A stretch of DNA of 63,993 nt, the filler included, from Dirinaria sp. TL-2023a (lineage: Eukaryota): NCBI GenBank assembly GCA_051941275.1. It is 3 parts of 3 records of this genome, joined end to end, with 100 filler letters (N's around TTAATTAATTAA, not from the genome) between each part and the next. Parts side by side here need not be neighbours in the genome. Positions count along the whole stretch, not along the records: positions 1 to 21,384 come from JAVEBF010000259.1; positions 21,485 to 42,836 come from JAVEBF010000260.1; 1 more part is not named here. One strand, 5' to 3'. The notes below the pieces were generated by a model. It was given only the letters and a program-made list of their open reading frames with translations, was not told where the DNA came from and searched no databases. Below are positions 12,303 to 25,100 of the stretch, one piece after another. The stretch's first letter is position 1. Each line of letters opens with the position of its first letter. A program made the translations under genes and the position numbers.

Positions 12303-13557
12303 GCCAAGGGACACTCTTCAACACTCCTGACCAGAGTCTATCCTCATGGCCGGGCTCTACTAGTATCTTGGCCATGGATCCAGCGTGACGTTGGACTCCA
12401 AGCAGTCAGTCGACGAGAGCTTCCAAGTGTGGCCAGGGACCAAGGACATCGATGTAGCTCATGATATACGTCTTCGATAGCATACCTCGGGCAAAGTCTA
12501 TGTGGAGTCCACTGCATCACTATGCTTGAGTGAAGCACGAGCACCAGGAGTATATTCTTGCACTGGGATCGGCAGAAGAAGGGCACAACGTCCAGTACCA
12601 CGGTTCCGGGGATACGGCAATGCCTTGTCAGCTTAATGCATTCTTACAGCATGCAGGATGATGCAGTGAGGCTATGCTGACACCGTGCCTTGGAAAAAAG
12701 TTGCATTGAATATTTCGAATCCCACACAACACTGCTGATCATGATGCCCAAGCTCTCTTTGCCTTGGAAAGACCGCGACGGTCGAACGTGCAGTACGAGT
12801 ACAGGCATTGACCACTAAGTTTGCAAGGTTCTTTTAAGCTGGATAGATGACAATTAGGGATACTTGGATGAGGAGAATAGACAAGATGGATAGAAATGGA
12901 AAGAGTAGGTCAGCCTCCATTTGGACCCCTGACTCCGAATTTTTTTCAGGTTTCGGGCCCCACCTTTTGGACCCTCACCCGGTCTGCTGGCGCACAGGCT
13001 GCTCATCATCCTCAACCTCCACTAGATTTGGCTCTATCAAGTGCTGATACCATCGGTCGAACGGGAGACGAAGGCAAAGGGGGGCCTGGGCGAGTATTTG
13101 AAGAGAGTCTGGGAGCAGGAGAAATACTCTCTGTGCCTTATCTCTCGTGTCTCTCCACCTTACGCTGCCTCGCGCCGAACAAACAAGCATTTTGGCTTGG
13201 CTTTGTGCTTGGCAGCGTTGCCGGCGACGCGGCTATTCCGATTTTTATCGTGGGATTAGCTGAAGAATTCTCTGTACTGTACGTATCAGTCCCCATCCTC
13301 GTCGAATATGGCGAGGTACTCTCTACATGGTGCTTTTGCCACACGAGGCCCACTTGCCGCGCTTTTCTCCAAGTCAATGCGGCAGCCTCGTACTTTTTGG
13401 GCTCCCAGCCAGTCTTCTAGGTCCTTTCACTCTATGAGCGCCATCGAGCCTCTAGAGCTGTCCTTTGGTGCTCCGTATATCCTGCTCTAGTTCTAGCTAA
13501 CCCCGATAGAAAAGGAAACGTGCGCTGTCATACCTACGCCGGTTTCCTGGAGCCAAG
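12303..13557. promoter_or_regulatory. Cluster of PacC/Rim101-type GCCARG sites upstream of palF
   Basis: GCCARG on either strand at 12303, 12367, 12432, 13196, 13208 and 13552. Confidence 0.4.
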
Positions 13558-13607
13558 TCCAGGGATTCCATCCGTCAAATGGTGGTGACTTGAGCGGATC
13601 CATAGCC

Positions 13608-15964
13608 ATGAGATCGACGCCCAAGGCAGCAAATACCGTTCAGACAAGCCCAAAATCGCCCTCTCTTCTGTCTAAAGTCGCGACCCCTTTCAATTCGCGT
13701 AAACGGACCCTCGCTGAATTTTCCATTGAGTCTGATGAACCGTATCGACAATACTCGCCAGGAGATACGGTGAAAGGGAGCGTGAACATTAGGATTGATA
13801 AAGCAATCCACATCACACACCTTGTCATATGCTTGCATGGCTTTGTCAAAGTCTTCAGCAACGCCAGGGTGCCTGGGAAAACTATCTCCCGCGATGGCGC
13901 GTTAATGAGCAGTGGCGCCGGGAAGCGAGGAGCTGAATATTTCGGGAACGGATTCGCATCACTGTTCGAAAATGAGGTTGCTCTTTGTGGTAAAGGCCAA
14001 TTGAATGCTGGGAAATACGAATTCCGATTTGAGCTGGACTTGCCTTCACAAGGCCTCCCAAGCAGTATAGACGTAAGTCAGCTGAAAGAAGCGTGCAATT
14101 GTGTATTTGCTAATTTCTCTAGTTTGAGCGAGGTACGATAGCTTATATGCTGACATCGACACTAACAAGGCCCACCACAATCTCACCCACAAGCGCCTGC
14201 CATTTGCGGATCAAAGTTGTAGAGGATCTTGACGTAGCTCGATTCCAGGCACTGAAACCTCAAACATTCTCATTAGAAGCTGTGACCAAAAAACCAAAAC
14301 ATAAGAAGCAAGCGAGGCGAGCGCCTGATCATGCGTCTGCTCTCTCTAAGGGTAACCCACAATCGCCACATGCGACCACTCCACGACTATCAGGCGATCC
14401 TCCTCAAAGTCCAGCCCCAAGTGAAAGCAGCTTTGCAAGCACTACGAGCGGTAGTAGTGTTAGCTGGCAACTTCACTCGACAGCCTCTATCGCAGGGAGT
14501 ACTAACAGTGGTGGCCGAAAAAACATAGGAACAAATGCCCGACACCACATCAGCGCGTCTATAGAAATATTGCGCGGAGGATGTTTGCCTGGAGATACTA
14601 TACCCCTGCACGTCTTCGTCAGCCATACGAAAGCAGTCAAAAGCTTGCAAGGCATAATTATCACGCTATACCGACTGGCGCGCGTAGATACCCACCCAGC
14701 AATACCTTTAGGTCCATCTCAGCAGGGGAAAAAGCCAGAATATGAAGACTACTACCCCAAGTCTCGCACGGGTCTCGGAGGCCTCTCCCTTTCATCAGCG
14801 GGCTCAAGCAGATCTTTTCGACAAGACCTAAGTCAGACTTTCGCACCTCTTATCGTTGACCCTCGATCTCTTACCGCCACGGTCAAAAGCTCTGTACACG
14901 TACCTGAGGATGCTTTTCCGACGATCCGCATTGTACCCGGCCAAATGATTAGCTTTAGGTACTATGTCGAAGTGGTGGTTGACCTACGTGGTAAGCTCGC
15001 GAGTCAAGAGCGTGTCCGATCACAGTTTGGCATGGTCAGCGGAGCGTCAGGGTATGGCAAAGGAGATCCTAAAGTCAGCGGTATCGATGGGTCTAGCGGA
15101 TTGGTGTTCCCTCTAGCTTCTGGATACGGTTGCCTTGATACTTCCCAAATTCGAAGGGAGAAGAGTGTCATCTCATGCCCGTTCGAGGTCGTAGTTGGAA
15201 CTCGTGACAGCGAGCGGAGAAGATGCAAGCACTACGAAGAACCGCAATCTCCGGGCACCACGCGATCAAGACCGCGACTTGATGCCGACCGGGCTTCGAC
15301 GCCAAGCATGGAGCTTGGCACGGATCAAAATCCCGGGGACATGCACCAGAGCCTCCAGGAGTCTGATGATTTCAACCCTCTTTCGGATGTGTATAGGTCG
15401 CCACCATATACTGATAGAAGTCAAACGACAATTGTTCCTCCACCGGAGCAAGAGGATGAAGTGGACGAGAAATCTCGATTGCGTCGAGCAGAACAGCGAC
15501 TTCTACCCAGTGCTCCGCCTGATGAGAGCGGACTTCCAATAGCTAGTTACGGCCAACCTTCAGCCCCTGAAGCCGCGGATTACGAGGACTTCATAGATCG
15601 GTATAGACTTCATCAGCCGGAAGCTAGTGGACCATCTGCTTCTTCAATCGAGACAATCTCGCCAAGCGCCAATCGTCATTACTACGTAGACGAACAGAGT
15701 GGTGGGGAGCTTCCGCCTGGTGCCATAGCATCAAGTGATGACAAACAGGAGCTCGAAATGCGGCGTCTTGAAATAGCTGCCAGCTCCCCTAGCGAGGACG
15801 AAGAGGATTTGGGCCCGCCAGCAAACGCCCAGCTGGAGCCCACAGCACCTACCCTCGAGGAAGTCGACGAAACACATGGTAGCGATCTGGACGAGTCACA
15901 TCCCTGGTCTCTCGAGCCCGACAATCAAGTAGAGGTCGAGAGCCTACCGAGGTACAGAAAGTAA
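13608..15964 (+). CDS. palF: pH-response arrestin-like protein PalF/Rim8
   Basis: Arrestin N-domain (YSPGDTVKG, ITHLVICLHGFVKV, LPSSID|FERGTIAYML across intron ~14073-14122), EDYYPKSRTGLGGLSLSSAGS, DEKSRLRRAEQRLLPSAPP, C-terminal LPRY. Confidence 0.92.
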
Positions 15965-16207
15965 TGATCTACTATCAACGGTATGTAATCGGGAATCTAG
16001 ATGGGAATTTACGGGCGGCGGGTTTTGGCATAGCAAGCGACGCAAAGAATTGTGGGGTGAAGAATCATCCGAAGACGGAGTTCGGGCGGCATGGAGATTG
16101 GAAGGTTGATTTTGAAGATACCCAATATCACTGAAACTGGCGTCATCTACCAGCCGCAAGGTCTACGCTATATAATCCTGTAGTCTCGACGTATTATATA
16201 GGAGCTT

Positions 16208-16813
16208 TCATTCTGGTATTGCAAGACCTCTCTGCGTGTCCTCTACCCATTTTTTCCCGGCAACCGCTTGATCAGTCACACCTTTCACAGCATTTCTCCA
16301 AAAAAAGTTGCCTGCTCGGGGCGCCGCGATGTCTCGTCCTAAAGCATCCTCCTGCTCAAGCATCTCGTGCCATGCACCAGCCTCTGCTAGTGATTCACTC
16401 GTGATCCTCTCAGTCCGATCGCCAATCAGCCACTTCTCATCCACACTTCCCACACACACCTCAATTTCCTCCTCCGAGCGGGCATTTCGCCACACCAGGG
16501 TGCCCCCGCAGTCGCCGCAGAAACCGCGGCGCCCCATATCCGAAGACCGATACTCGCGGTAAGGTGGAGGGAAGACGAGGTTTTGCGACTGCAGCGCGCT
16601 CGCCGAGGAGTCATCAGGACGCAAACAGGTCACGTTCCGCGGAGACACGACGAGGAAATGGGCGATCAGGGATCCGGTGAACTTCCGGCACTGGGTGCAC
16701 TGGCAGGTGGTCGACGTGGGAGGCCAGCTCGGCATGTCGATTGCATAGCGGACTGCACCGCAGAGGCAGCCCCCTGTAATGGACTCATAAGCTGCTCTCG
16801 AGGTCGCCATCAT
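16208..16813 (-). CDS. GFA/CENP-V (Mss4-like) Zn-binding protein
   Basis: GGCLCGAVRY, CQCTQCRKFTG, RRGFCGDCG cysteine pattern. Confidence 0.85.
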   Translation of the reverse strand: MMATSRAAYESITGGCLCGAVRYAIDMPSWPPTSTTCQCTQCRKFTGSLIAHFLVVSPRNVTCLRPDDSSASALQSQNLVFPPPYREYRSSDMGRRGFCGDCGGTLVWRNARSEEEIEVCVGSVDEKWLIGDRTERITSESLAEAGAWHEMLEQEDALGRDIAAPRAGNFFWRNAVKGVTDQAVAGKKWVEDTQRGLAIPE

Positions 16814-17405
16814 TGATCGGGCGAATGGATCTTGCTGATGTGAGAGTATGGGCCAGCCGCACACCCGAAATTGTAAGCTTCTGGGACGATGGACGGCAGC
16901 CACCTCAAGCTGTGTTGAACCCTGCTAGAGGCTAAGGTACTGTCGACCTAATTGAGCATGTATGAGGAACAACGTCACTTGGTGTCGTGAACGGCCAGAC
17001 TAGAGAGACTAGCCAGACACCCCACCAACCCCCACCACACCCACCTTTCCCCTACATTACTTATGCCGCTAGGCTCTGGGACGGTGGGACTGGGTCACTG
17101 GGACCCCTGGGCTGCCCGGGAACCACCAGTATCGGATCCTTCGGGCTCTAGCCGCTTTTTGATCAAGATCCGGTTCTGGGGTACGATACCATACTAAGGT
17201 ATGTACTACTGTACTCGGACTTATCTTAGCTGTGTACAAACTACAAAGTGATAGCCAGTGATTACGCAGTACTAGTGCCCAACTGCATCAACCTATCCTC
17301 CACTCTCAACATATTTACACTCGCGATGTGGATTTAGCAAAAGAAATCACCTTCGGACCCAAGCCAGGATTGCTCAATATTACCGCTCAGTGGCCCACCT
17401 CCAGC

Positions 17406-18482
17406 ATGGGAAAATACGCCGAGTCTGAGGAATGGGAAGATGTTGTCCCCATACCCCAGAACGATGGAGGCCCAAACCCCCTGGCTGCCATTGCATACAC
17501 AGAAGAATACAGCGAAGCGATGTCCTACCTCCGAGCTGTCATGGCAGACAACGAGAAATCCGCACGGGTACTTGAACTCATCCAGGACATCATTCAAATG
17601 AACCCTGCCCATTATACGGTTTGGTGCGATCCTCCAGCGAATCCACCGTGCCGTCTCCTGCTTATTCAGTATAGGTTATACAGAGCTTCAATCGTGTTCG
17701 AGATCAAGCGAGATCTTTTGCTAGAGCTGGAATGGCTCAACCCAATCTCCCTCAAGCATCTCAAAAATTATCAGATATGGTGCCTCAAGCCTCGAGGATA
17801 ACGAAATCGTGCGAAATCTTTCTGCTAATTCTTTCGTGGCAGGCATCATCGTCAGACAATAATGGCGCATGTTCAAACCCTTCCTCCAAACGAGCTCTCA
17901 TTCCTCTCCCAGATGTTCGCCAAAGACGTTAAGAACTACCACGTCTGGTCATACCGACAATGGCTCGTCCGACACTTCTCGCTCTGGGACTCAGAACTAC
18001 CCTTTGCCGAGTCCCTTCTCAAGGCCGACGTGAGAAACAACAGCGCCTGGAACCATCGATGGTATATCATCTTCGCTCGCAATGTGGATCCTACGAAAGG
18101 CAGTAGAGAGGACGCGGATGCCGTTACAGTAGAGCCAGGGATCATCGAACGAGAGCTCGAGTACACTAAGGACGCGATCCGACTGGCGCCGCAAAATCAA
18201 TCGCCGTGGAACTACTTGAGAGGAGTGTTGAGGAAGAAAGGGAAGGGTTTGGCGGAGCTGAAAGAGTTTGGCGAGGAGTTCGCCGATGTCGACCGAGAAG
18301 ATGAGGTCCGAAGTAGCCATGCGCTCGACTTCCTGGCCGATCTGTATGCGGAGCAAAAGTGCAAGGAACGCGCCGGGATGGCGCTGGAGCTTTTGGTGAG
18401 AAGGTATGATCCTATAAGGAAGAATTATTGGAACTATAGGCGGAGTCTGCTAGGCTTGAAGGACGTTGAAGGAGTCCATTGA
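17406..18482 (+). CDS. RAM2: Protein farnesyltransferase/GGTase-I alpha subunit
   Basis: WEDVVPIPQ, PPTA repeats NPAHYTVW, KNYQIW, KNYHVWSYRQW, RNNSAWNHR, PQNQSPWNY, YDPIRKNYW; two introns. Confidence 0.93.
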
Positions 18483-18720
18483 GGAACTCATACTGGCGTG
18501 ATACAGAGTTTGTCCTGCCCATCCACTCAGAAGGGCTTCGCCAGGGCTTTCATTCCAATGCAGAAAACTCACGACGAGCGCCTCTCGACAGGTAATCGTA
18601 TTTGGGAGCTTCAAATACAAACACATCTGGGCAGATTCCATCACAGTGAGACCATAACTGAACGATCCTAGAAAACAAATGCACACCAAACATGAATTTC
18701 TGGGGGAAAGAAAAAGAAAT

Positions 18721-18924
18721 CTAATAATGAAAGAATCTATGGAATTCGCTCGGGATTAGATTCCGGTCTCCTGCTACCATTGCTGTACACCATCCATGTC
18801 GCCGCCCAAGACAAGTCTGCCAAGAGATGTCGTTGTAGCGCGACCATCGACCAAATAGAGGATTGAGTGCATGAGCATGAACCGAGAGGCCGAGACACAG
18901 AAAGAGAGTCAGATATTGAAGCAT
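18721..18924 (-). CDS. Possible 67-aa small secreted peptide
   Basis: ATG followed by a signal-peptide-like segment MLQYLTLFLCLGLSVHAHA (AxA cleavage); no recognisable homology. Confidence 0.3.
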   Translation of the reverse strand: MLQYLTLFLCLGLSVHAHALNPLFGRWSRYNDISWQTCLGRRHGWCTAMVAGDRNLIPSEFHRFFHY

Positions 18925-21384
18925 TCCCCCGTTTCAAAGGAATCCCCTTCTCGGCTGGAAATGTATACAGGATTTCTGCATCCTATCCCTTAGATCTCGG
19001 CGGAGGCGGGAGGCCTGTCCCGTGGGGGTCTGGAATGACAAGCACGGGATTTTAGGGACCCTCCTAAATACCTACTTTAGGTACCTTAGCTTTGGTGAAC
19101 CAGGCATCTTACGTTAAGCGTACCTTACCTTGGTGGTGACCTACATGTACCTTAAGGTACTACATGATCATTGGTTGCTCTTGAGTGTGCTCTTGATCAC
19201 CTTTCAAAAGGTATCATATCGCGCACTTAGGCCGTTCGAAAGGGACCGTACATCGCCTAATGAAGGCCCCTACCTTATTCATTCTCTACCTTCTGTGCGA
19301 TCCTAACCTTCTTCCTGGCCTTTATATACTTCAATAGCCCAACATCACCAATAGGTTCTCGCCCGCCTCGAATGATCTTCATAATCGCGTTTGGGGTTTG
19401 CCTCAGTGCCGATGCAACTATGGACCTTCTTTTCAGCCACACACGCCCTCGAATAACCGCCGGAGCCTCCATCCTTGACCCAAACTAAGGTCCTGAGTTC
19501 GTTCGTTCGCTAACACCCTCAAACCCCGATGACCGTACTCTTGAACTTCCACCCAAGACTCACCGCTGCGGCAGTATCTTCCCATACAACAGCAGAGGCC
19601 ATCACTGTATGGGAGCCTTATGTAGGGGAATCGGAGGAGAAAGATACCTTAGCGATCAATATAGCTCAGAGCGGAAAAGGACAGCCAACCCCCAAAAAAA
19701 AACTCCCTCGCTCTACGAAGTCTACATAGCTGTTACGATGAGCCACCACAGCTGGATATTGGGGGTACACACGCCACACTGAAGCTAGGCATGGGAGAAA
19801 AAAAACCCTGGAAGCACTAATGTTCAGCCGAAGACAGTAATGCTTCCATATGTAGGCTGTGGGGCCTTATAGCTTTCGGCTCCCTATCATTCGGCGAAAT
19901 GGAAGCAGGAATTTGTCTATTCAGTACTACCTCAATGATCACTTTCCATTGTTGATGCAACTACCTATACGCTCGTGTCTGAGATTGACGCTTTTGCCGT
20001 CGCGTACCTAAATGCTTGTATGACTTATGTTCGATCGCCGGAACTTCGTGCAGGATCTATCGTGGTGTTCTCCTCGAAGCTATATGTATGTATGTGCTGT
20101 ATATAGACAGCAAACATAACCGAGTCAATAATATAAAGCTATATATAATACAGGAAGCTTCCCCCTCTCAGATACTTCCTACATTTATTCCCCTATTAAC
20201 AAGCATTGAGAAAACTCGTTCTACTACGTGTCTTATCATGTCAATCACGAGCTATCTCTCAAATAGCATAATCCTTGCCTAAGGCTTTATCCTCCTCTCT
20301 AAAAAAGCCAATCCTGTCCCTATAACACTGCTACATACCAACCTTCTCTGTACTGTCCTTCTCATACCGGCTTTTCGGTGTATCCCCTATCTATCCCCAT
20401 TACGAAAGATCCACAATACCTATCCTCTTATCTCTAATTATACAATGTTGGATGGACTGAGGTAGAGAATTCGAGACGAGCTACGCTGCTTTTGGGGAAA
20501 AGGCGCTGGTGTGAGATTTGCAGCACATGAAACATGGCTGAGAGAACTTGGATAAGGCCCAGTTGTACGAAAATTTTTTCATTTTGAGATGAATCAGGGG
20601 TAAGCTTCATATCTCCTTCCTCCACCCCCTTTCGTACCCACTCGTACGGGATATTTAGAAAAAAAAGACCTTCATCATTGCCGTCAGTATTCAATCATGC
20701 AGAGAGATCTTTTCAGATTCGTGGCAGAAACCCTTGCTCCAACAGCAAATATTTTAAAAAATAAGTCGATGCGAACAAAAGCTCTCGTTCGACATATCAG
20801 TACCATTCATACTTCCAAACGTTGTACAACAGAGGAGGGGGTACATTATCTAGGGTAAGGAAGGAGTGCAGTGCACAGGACTATCTACATAGACCTGATC
20901 AGATACGGTATGTACATAAGGTGGGTAAGGTGGTAACTTGTATGTAAACAGGAAACGCGAAGCTTAGATTAAAGAGGTATAAAACAGATCATGGATGCTC
21001 TATTAGGTATTCGGAGCTCTATGTTGGTGTTGTGAGGTGTTTAAGGTAGGGAGGCGCTTTTCTCTCTGATTAGTTCTTACTGCACGTTTTTCATACGTAT
21101 ATACGCGCGCATTTATACACATTTCTCCTCTCGTCGATTGTTTTCCTTGAAGAGAAACAATGAGCGGATGGAATGTGGATTTTTTGAAAAGGAGGATGAT
21201 GAGTGTTTATTATGATTGATTAACAGTTGTATGCCGGGCCGCGAACTTGAAAGATCAGAATGTAGCAATACAGGGTTGAGATACGATTCTTTTGAAGTTT
21301 AAGTACCTATGGAATCAGTTAAGGTAAGGTAGGGGCTTCATAAAATAACGGAATATATTACAGGTATATATTCTAAGGTAAGAT

Positions 21385-21484
21385 NNNNNNNNNNNNNNNN
21401 NNNNNNNNNNNNNNNNNNNNNNNNNNNNTTAATTAATTAANNNNNNNNNNNNNNNNNNNNNNNNNNNNNNNNNNNNNNNNNNNN
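21385..21484. other. Artificial contig linker (N44-TTAATTAATTAA-N44)
   Basis: Six-frame stop spacer at 21429-21440 flanked by Ns. Confidence 0.97.
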
Positions 21485-22144
21485 GGGAGGAGTGGGGAGA
21501 GGTGAGGGAGGAGGGACGCGAGGGGTTGAGGGTGGGTGTAGATGGTGGGGAGGAAATCGGAAGGCATTTCTGGTTGGAGCGATTGGGTGGGAGGGGAAGA
21601 TATCTACAGTATTGCATACCCTGCACGCAGGCACTGTTCTACGCTTTCTGCTGGCCTACTAGTCCTGAGACATTGTTGAGAGTGATCGTGAACGGAGAAA
21701 GCGAATTCAGAAAGGCACTTTGGAATATGCAAATGATTATGACTCCGTCTCTGCAGCTCTATCCTCTCTCGGAACGCCATGCATTGCAGAATCGTAGCCC
21801 GCTCCCCTCCCTCATGCGAAGCAAGACCCAGCGCCGCCTCGGAAGTCTATCGGCTCTAGATGTGGATATGCATGCTTATTTGTTAAAAGCGTAGTCGAAT
21901 GGAGCTTATGGACTCTGGAGATCGCCTGGCGTAGGAAGGAAGTCGCCGTCGGCCCTCGATTCACAGCCTGGGCAAGGCGGTGAACGAGAAAAGAAATGAG
22001 GAAAAGTCTGATGGTGGGTTCATAATGCAGTATCGAAAGGGTTCTAGGTATGGCCGCCTCCGGGTATACGTTCGTGTCGGTCTTTCCCGCAATATGACAT
22101 GGGAGCCGTATCCGTTCATTCTTTAGTGGCATCGTCACATGGTC

Positions 22145-23556
22145 TTACTGAGATGCGCACTGCATTCGCTCCGCGCCCGGAGGAACACCATCCTCGTCAT
22201 CTTCGTCCATATGGGTGGCGCCTTGGGCACGGCGTTGACCGCTCGCCTCGACGGCTTCAAGGTTGAAGTCTTCAATCATAGCGTCCATAGGGGGTTGCAC
22301 AGCTTCTTTCCGCGGTGGTAATATCGACTCGAGCAATTGGATCTTTTCAGGGGTGTTGAACATCTCAGGGGGGAATTTGACATCGAACTGGATGTAAAGG
22401 TTGCCGAAGTCGTGATGCCGCATTGAAGGCATACCCTGGCCACGGATCATCTTAACCTCGCCTAGTGGAAACGTCAGTACTAGTGCCTGTGCCTTCAAAG
22501 ATGGGATCTGCTCACCTGGGCTTATGACCTCGCCAGGCTCAACAGTCACGGTCAACCACCGATCGTCGAGGTGCTCAATGTGGATCTGACCACCGGCCAA
22601 TGCAGTCAATAGGTCAATTTCGGCGTGGAAGAAGAGGTCGTCGTCCTTGCGCTGGAAGCGCGGATGTGGCTTCTGCTCAATCTCGAATTGTACGTCGCCC
22701 GGTAACACACCTGGCATTTGGTCTCCTTCGCCTCTGAAATCAATCTTGTGTCCACTCTTGACACCCTTGTCGACGTGAACATGTAAAACTTTCCGCTCGA
22801 TGACGGTTTTCTTCCCTGCACAACGCTTGCACCGGTCTTTGTCACGGACAATTTCGCCTTCTCCTTGACAGTCTGGGCAGACGGTTTGAAAGCGCTGGAT
22901 CATTGGCCCCATTTGACGCATCATAGTCTTCATGCCAGCGCCATTGCAACCGCTGCAGGTTTTCACGGCACCTTCTTTACCTCCACGGCCGTCGCACGCA
23001 GGGCAGATGACTGATTTTTGCAATGCGAGCTTCGAAACCTTTCCGCGGTAAATGTCTTCGAGTGACACCTTGTGGACATGGTGAATGGTTCGCGCTTTCT
23101 TGGGACCTGTATCGCGCATGCCACCGCCGAACATGCTGCCGAAAGGCCCACCGCCGCCGCCTCCGAAGAATTGAGCGAAGAGATCCTCAGCAGCCATCCC
23201 CGCGCCGCCTCCACCCTGTTCAAGGCCTTCCTCGCCATACTGATCGTAAATTGAGCGCTTCTGTCCATCATTAAGGACTTCGTAGGCGTGGGAAATCTCC
23301 TTGAACTTTTCTTCAGCAGCAGGATTGTGTGCATTCTTATCTGTAGAACGTGCATCAGATTTCATTGTTGCGGATGTTCGTACATTCTGCAACGTACCTG
23401 GATGGTGTTTCAGGGCACCCTTCTTGTACGCCGTCTTTAGCTCTGCATCTGTAGCAGACGGAGATACCTAAGATTGCTTAGAGACCAAGAAGCTGAGGTT
23501 TTGGCTTTGTGAAATCTTACCCCCAGTACATCATAAAGCTTGGTCTCTTTGACCAT
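22145..23556 (-). CDS. YDJ1: Type I DnaJ/Hsp40 co-chaperone Ydj1/Mas5
   Basis: [12 protein letters not shown] start, HPDK J-domain across introns, G/F region, CxxCxGxG zinc-finger repeats, C-terminal CaaX CASQ. Confidence 0.96.
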
Positions 23557-23927
23557 ATTGCCGGTTTGCCAGTGCGGCTCGTTGAGTTTTGGGGCTGGTG
23601 ATCAATAAGGGGCCCAGTGAAGAGAGCTGAATCCTATTAAAAATTGCTCAGAAATCTGATGAGTGTAATTTGCTGAGCTACGACTTGGGCGAGCTCTATG
23701 GACTTATACTTACGAGGCCGGCAACCAGGAGATTCGCAATGATTTGTTGAGCTGGGGTGGCGCGAGGCGGGTGAACTGTATCTGTGTTGATGTAGAGCTC
23801 GGGGAATAGAAACTGAAGGTTGAGCAGAGGTGCCAGGGTAGGTGAGGTCAACCGGTGATTGAAAATTCAAGGTAATTGGGAGAGAGAGAGAGAGCAGAGG
23901 GACTAGGCTAAAAATAAGCGCGTAGAT

Positions 23928-23950
23928 TTCCGCCTGATTCCAAACCCTTC
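23928..23950. promoter_or_regulatory. Step-type heat shock element upstream of YDJ1
   Basis: TTC-N7-TTC-N7-TTC at 23928, 23938, 23948, ~370 bp upstream of an Hsp40 gene. Confidence 0.55.
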
Positions 23951-24432
23951 CACAGCCTGGTGACGAAGCCACTTGACAAATTCTTGTGGTGAGTGAGCAA
24001 GTTCGCCTGTTTTACCAGATATTCACAATACTTCGAAGGCAAACTCGACTTCTCATCAAAGGAACAAAGTGAAGGTAGTGGGTAGGCTTTTCTGGCAATT
24101 CACCTTGAGGTACCTTGAATGGCATCTACGAGAGCCGTTAAGGTACCTTATCTAAGATATCTTAGCGGTAGGGCTAGCGGTGAAACGATCGCCCGAAGGG
24201 CCCGGTACTGTACCTTGACTCCTTGAGTAAAGTAGTGTACCCTAGGCATTCTCGGCATTATTATTGCAGCGGTAACCCTAACTGATCAGTACCCTCGCCT
24301 ACCTCGGCAATCTGACGATCGTTTTTGCTCCACTACCAAATGTCCAAAACCCCATTGGCATCAAGATCGTGATTAGGCTTTTGCATTTTCACAACATTAC
24401 TGTCCCTGACCGCCCATCGATACCTCGTTAAC

Positions 24433-24997
24433 ATGGACCAAGAGCCCGGCTACCGCGCAGCTGTAGCTGAAGCCAAGGCAGGGGCAGAGGAAGGAGGTGT
24501 GCCCATTGGAGCCTGTCTAGTCTCCAAAGAGGGTAAGATATTAGGAAAAGGACGTAACATGAGGGTGCAAAATGGGAGTGCAACTCTGCATGTAAGCTGT
24601 CGCAGTATTGACTGAGGTGACCTTGATTGATTGCTTCGTGCGCGAAGGCGGAGATGTCCGCCTTCGAGAATAGCGGCAGGCTTCCGGCATCCGTGTATGA
24701 AGGTGCTACAATGTATACCACGCTTTCACCGTGTGACATGTGTACCGGCGCATGTATTCTGTACAAAGTGAAGCGCGTAGTACTGGCCGAGAACGTGACT
24801 TTTGTAGGAGGCGAGGAATACCTCAAGCAGCGAGGGATTGAGGTGGTTGTGCTTGAGGACCTTGAATGCCAAGCCTTGATGAAGAGCTTCATCGAGGAGC
24901 ATCCTGAAGTGTGGTAGGCCAGTGATTCTTAACAACTTGTGACCTAGCTATTTGCTAAGAACCGTACCCGTACAGGCATGAAGATATCGGTTTCTGA
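24433..24997 (+). CDS. FCY1: Cytosine deaminase
   Basis: EGGVPIGA, NMRVQNGSATLH|AE, YTTLSPCDMCTGA, W|HEDIG; two introns. Confidence 0.95.
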
Positions 24998-25100
24998 CCC
25001 AAGTGGCTGGAATTACAGCGTAGCGACGCCAAGCGGTATCGACAGCAGAGTCTATAGGGAAAATATTGTACAAATCGTCTTGTTGACCTTCTTTGCCATA

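Noticed and set aside
21429..21440. TTAATTAATTAA palindrome as a biological element
   Set aside because: Identical N-flanked six-frame stop spacer occurs twice; assembly artefact.
17406..23556. RAM2 next to its CaaX substrate YDJ1
   Set aside because: A linker at 21385-21484 lies between them.
24273..24281. TAACCCTAA as a telomerase RNA template
   Set aside because: Sits in the short YDJ1/FCY1 promoter with no room for a long TER; more likely a telobox or chance.
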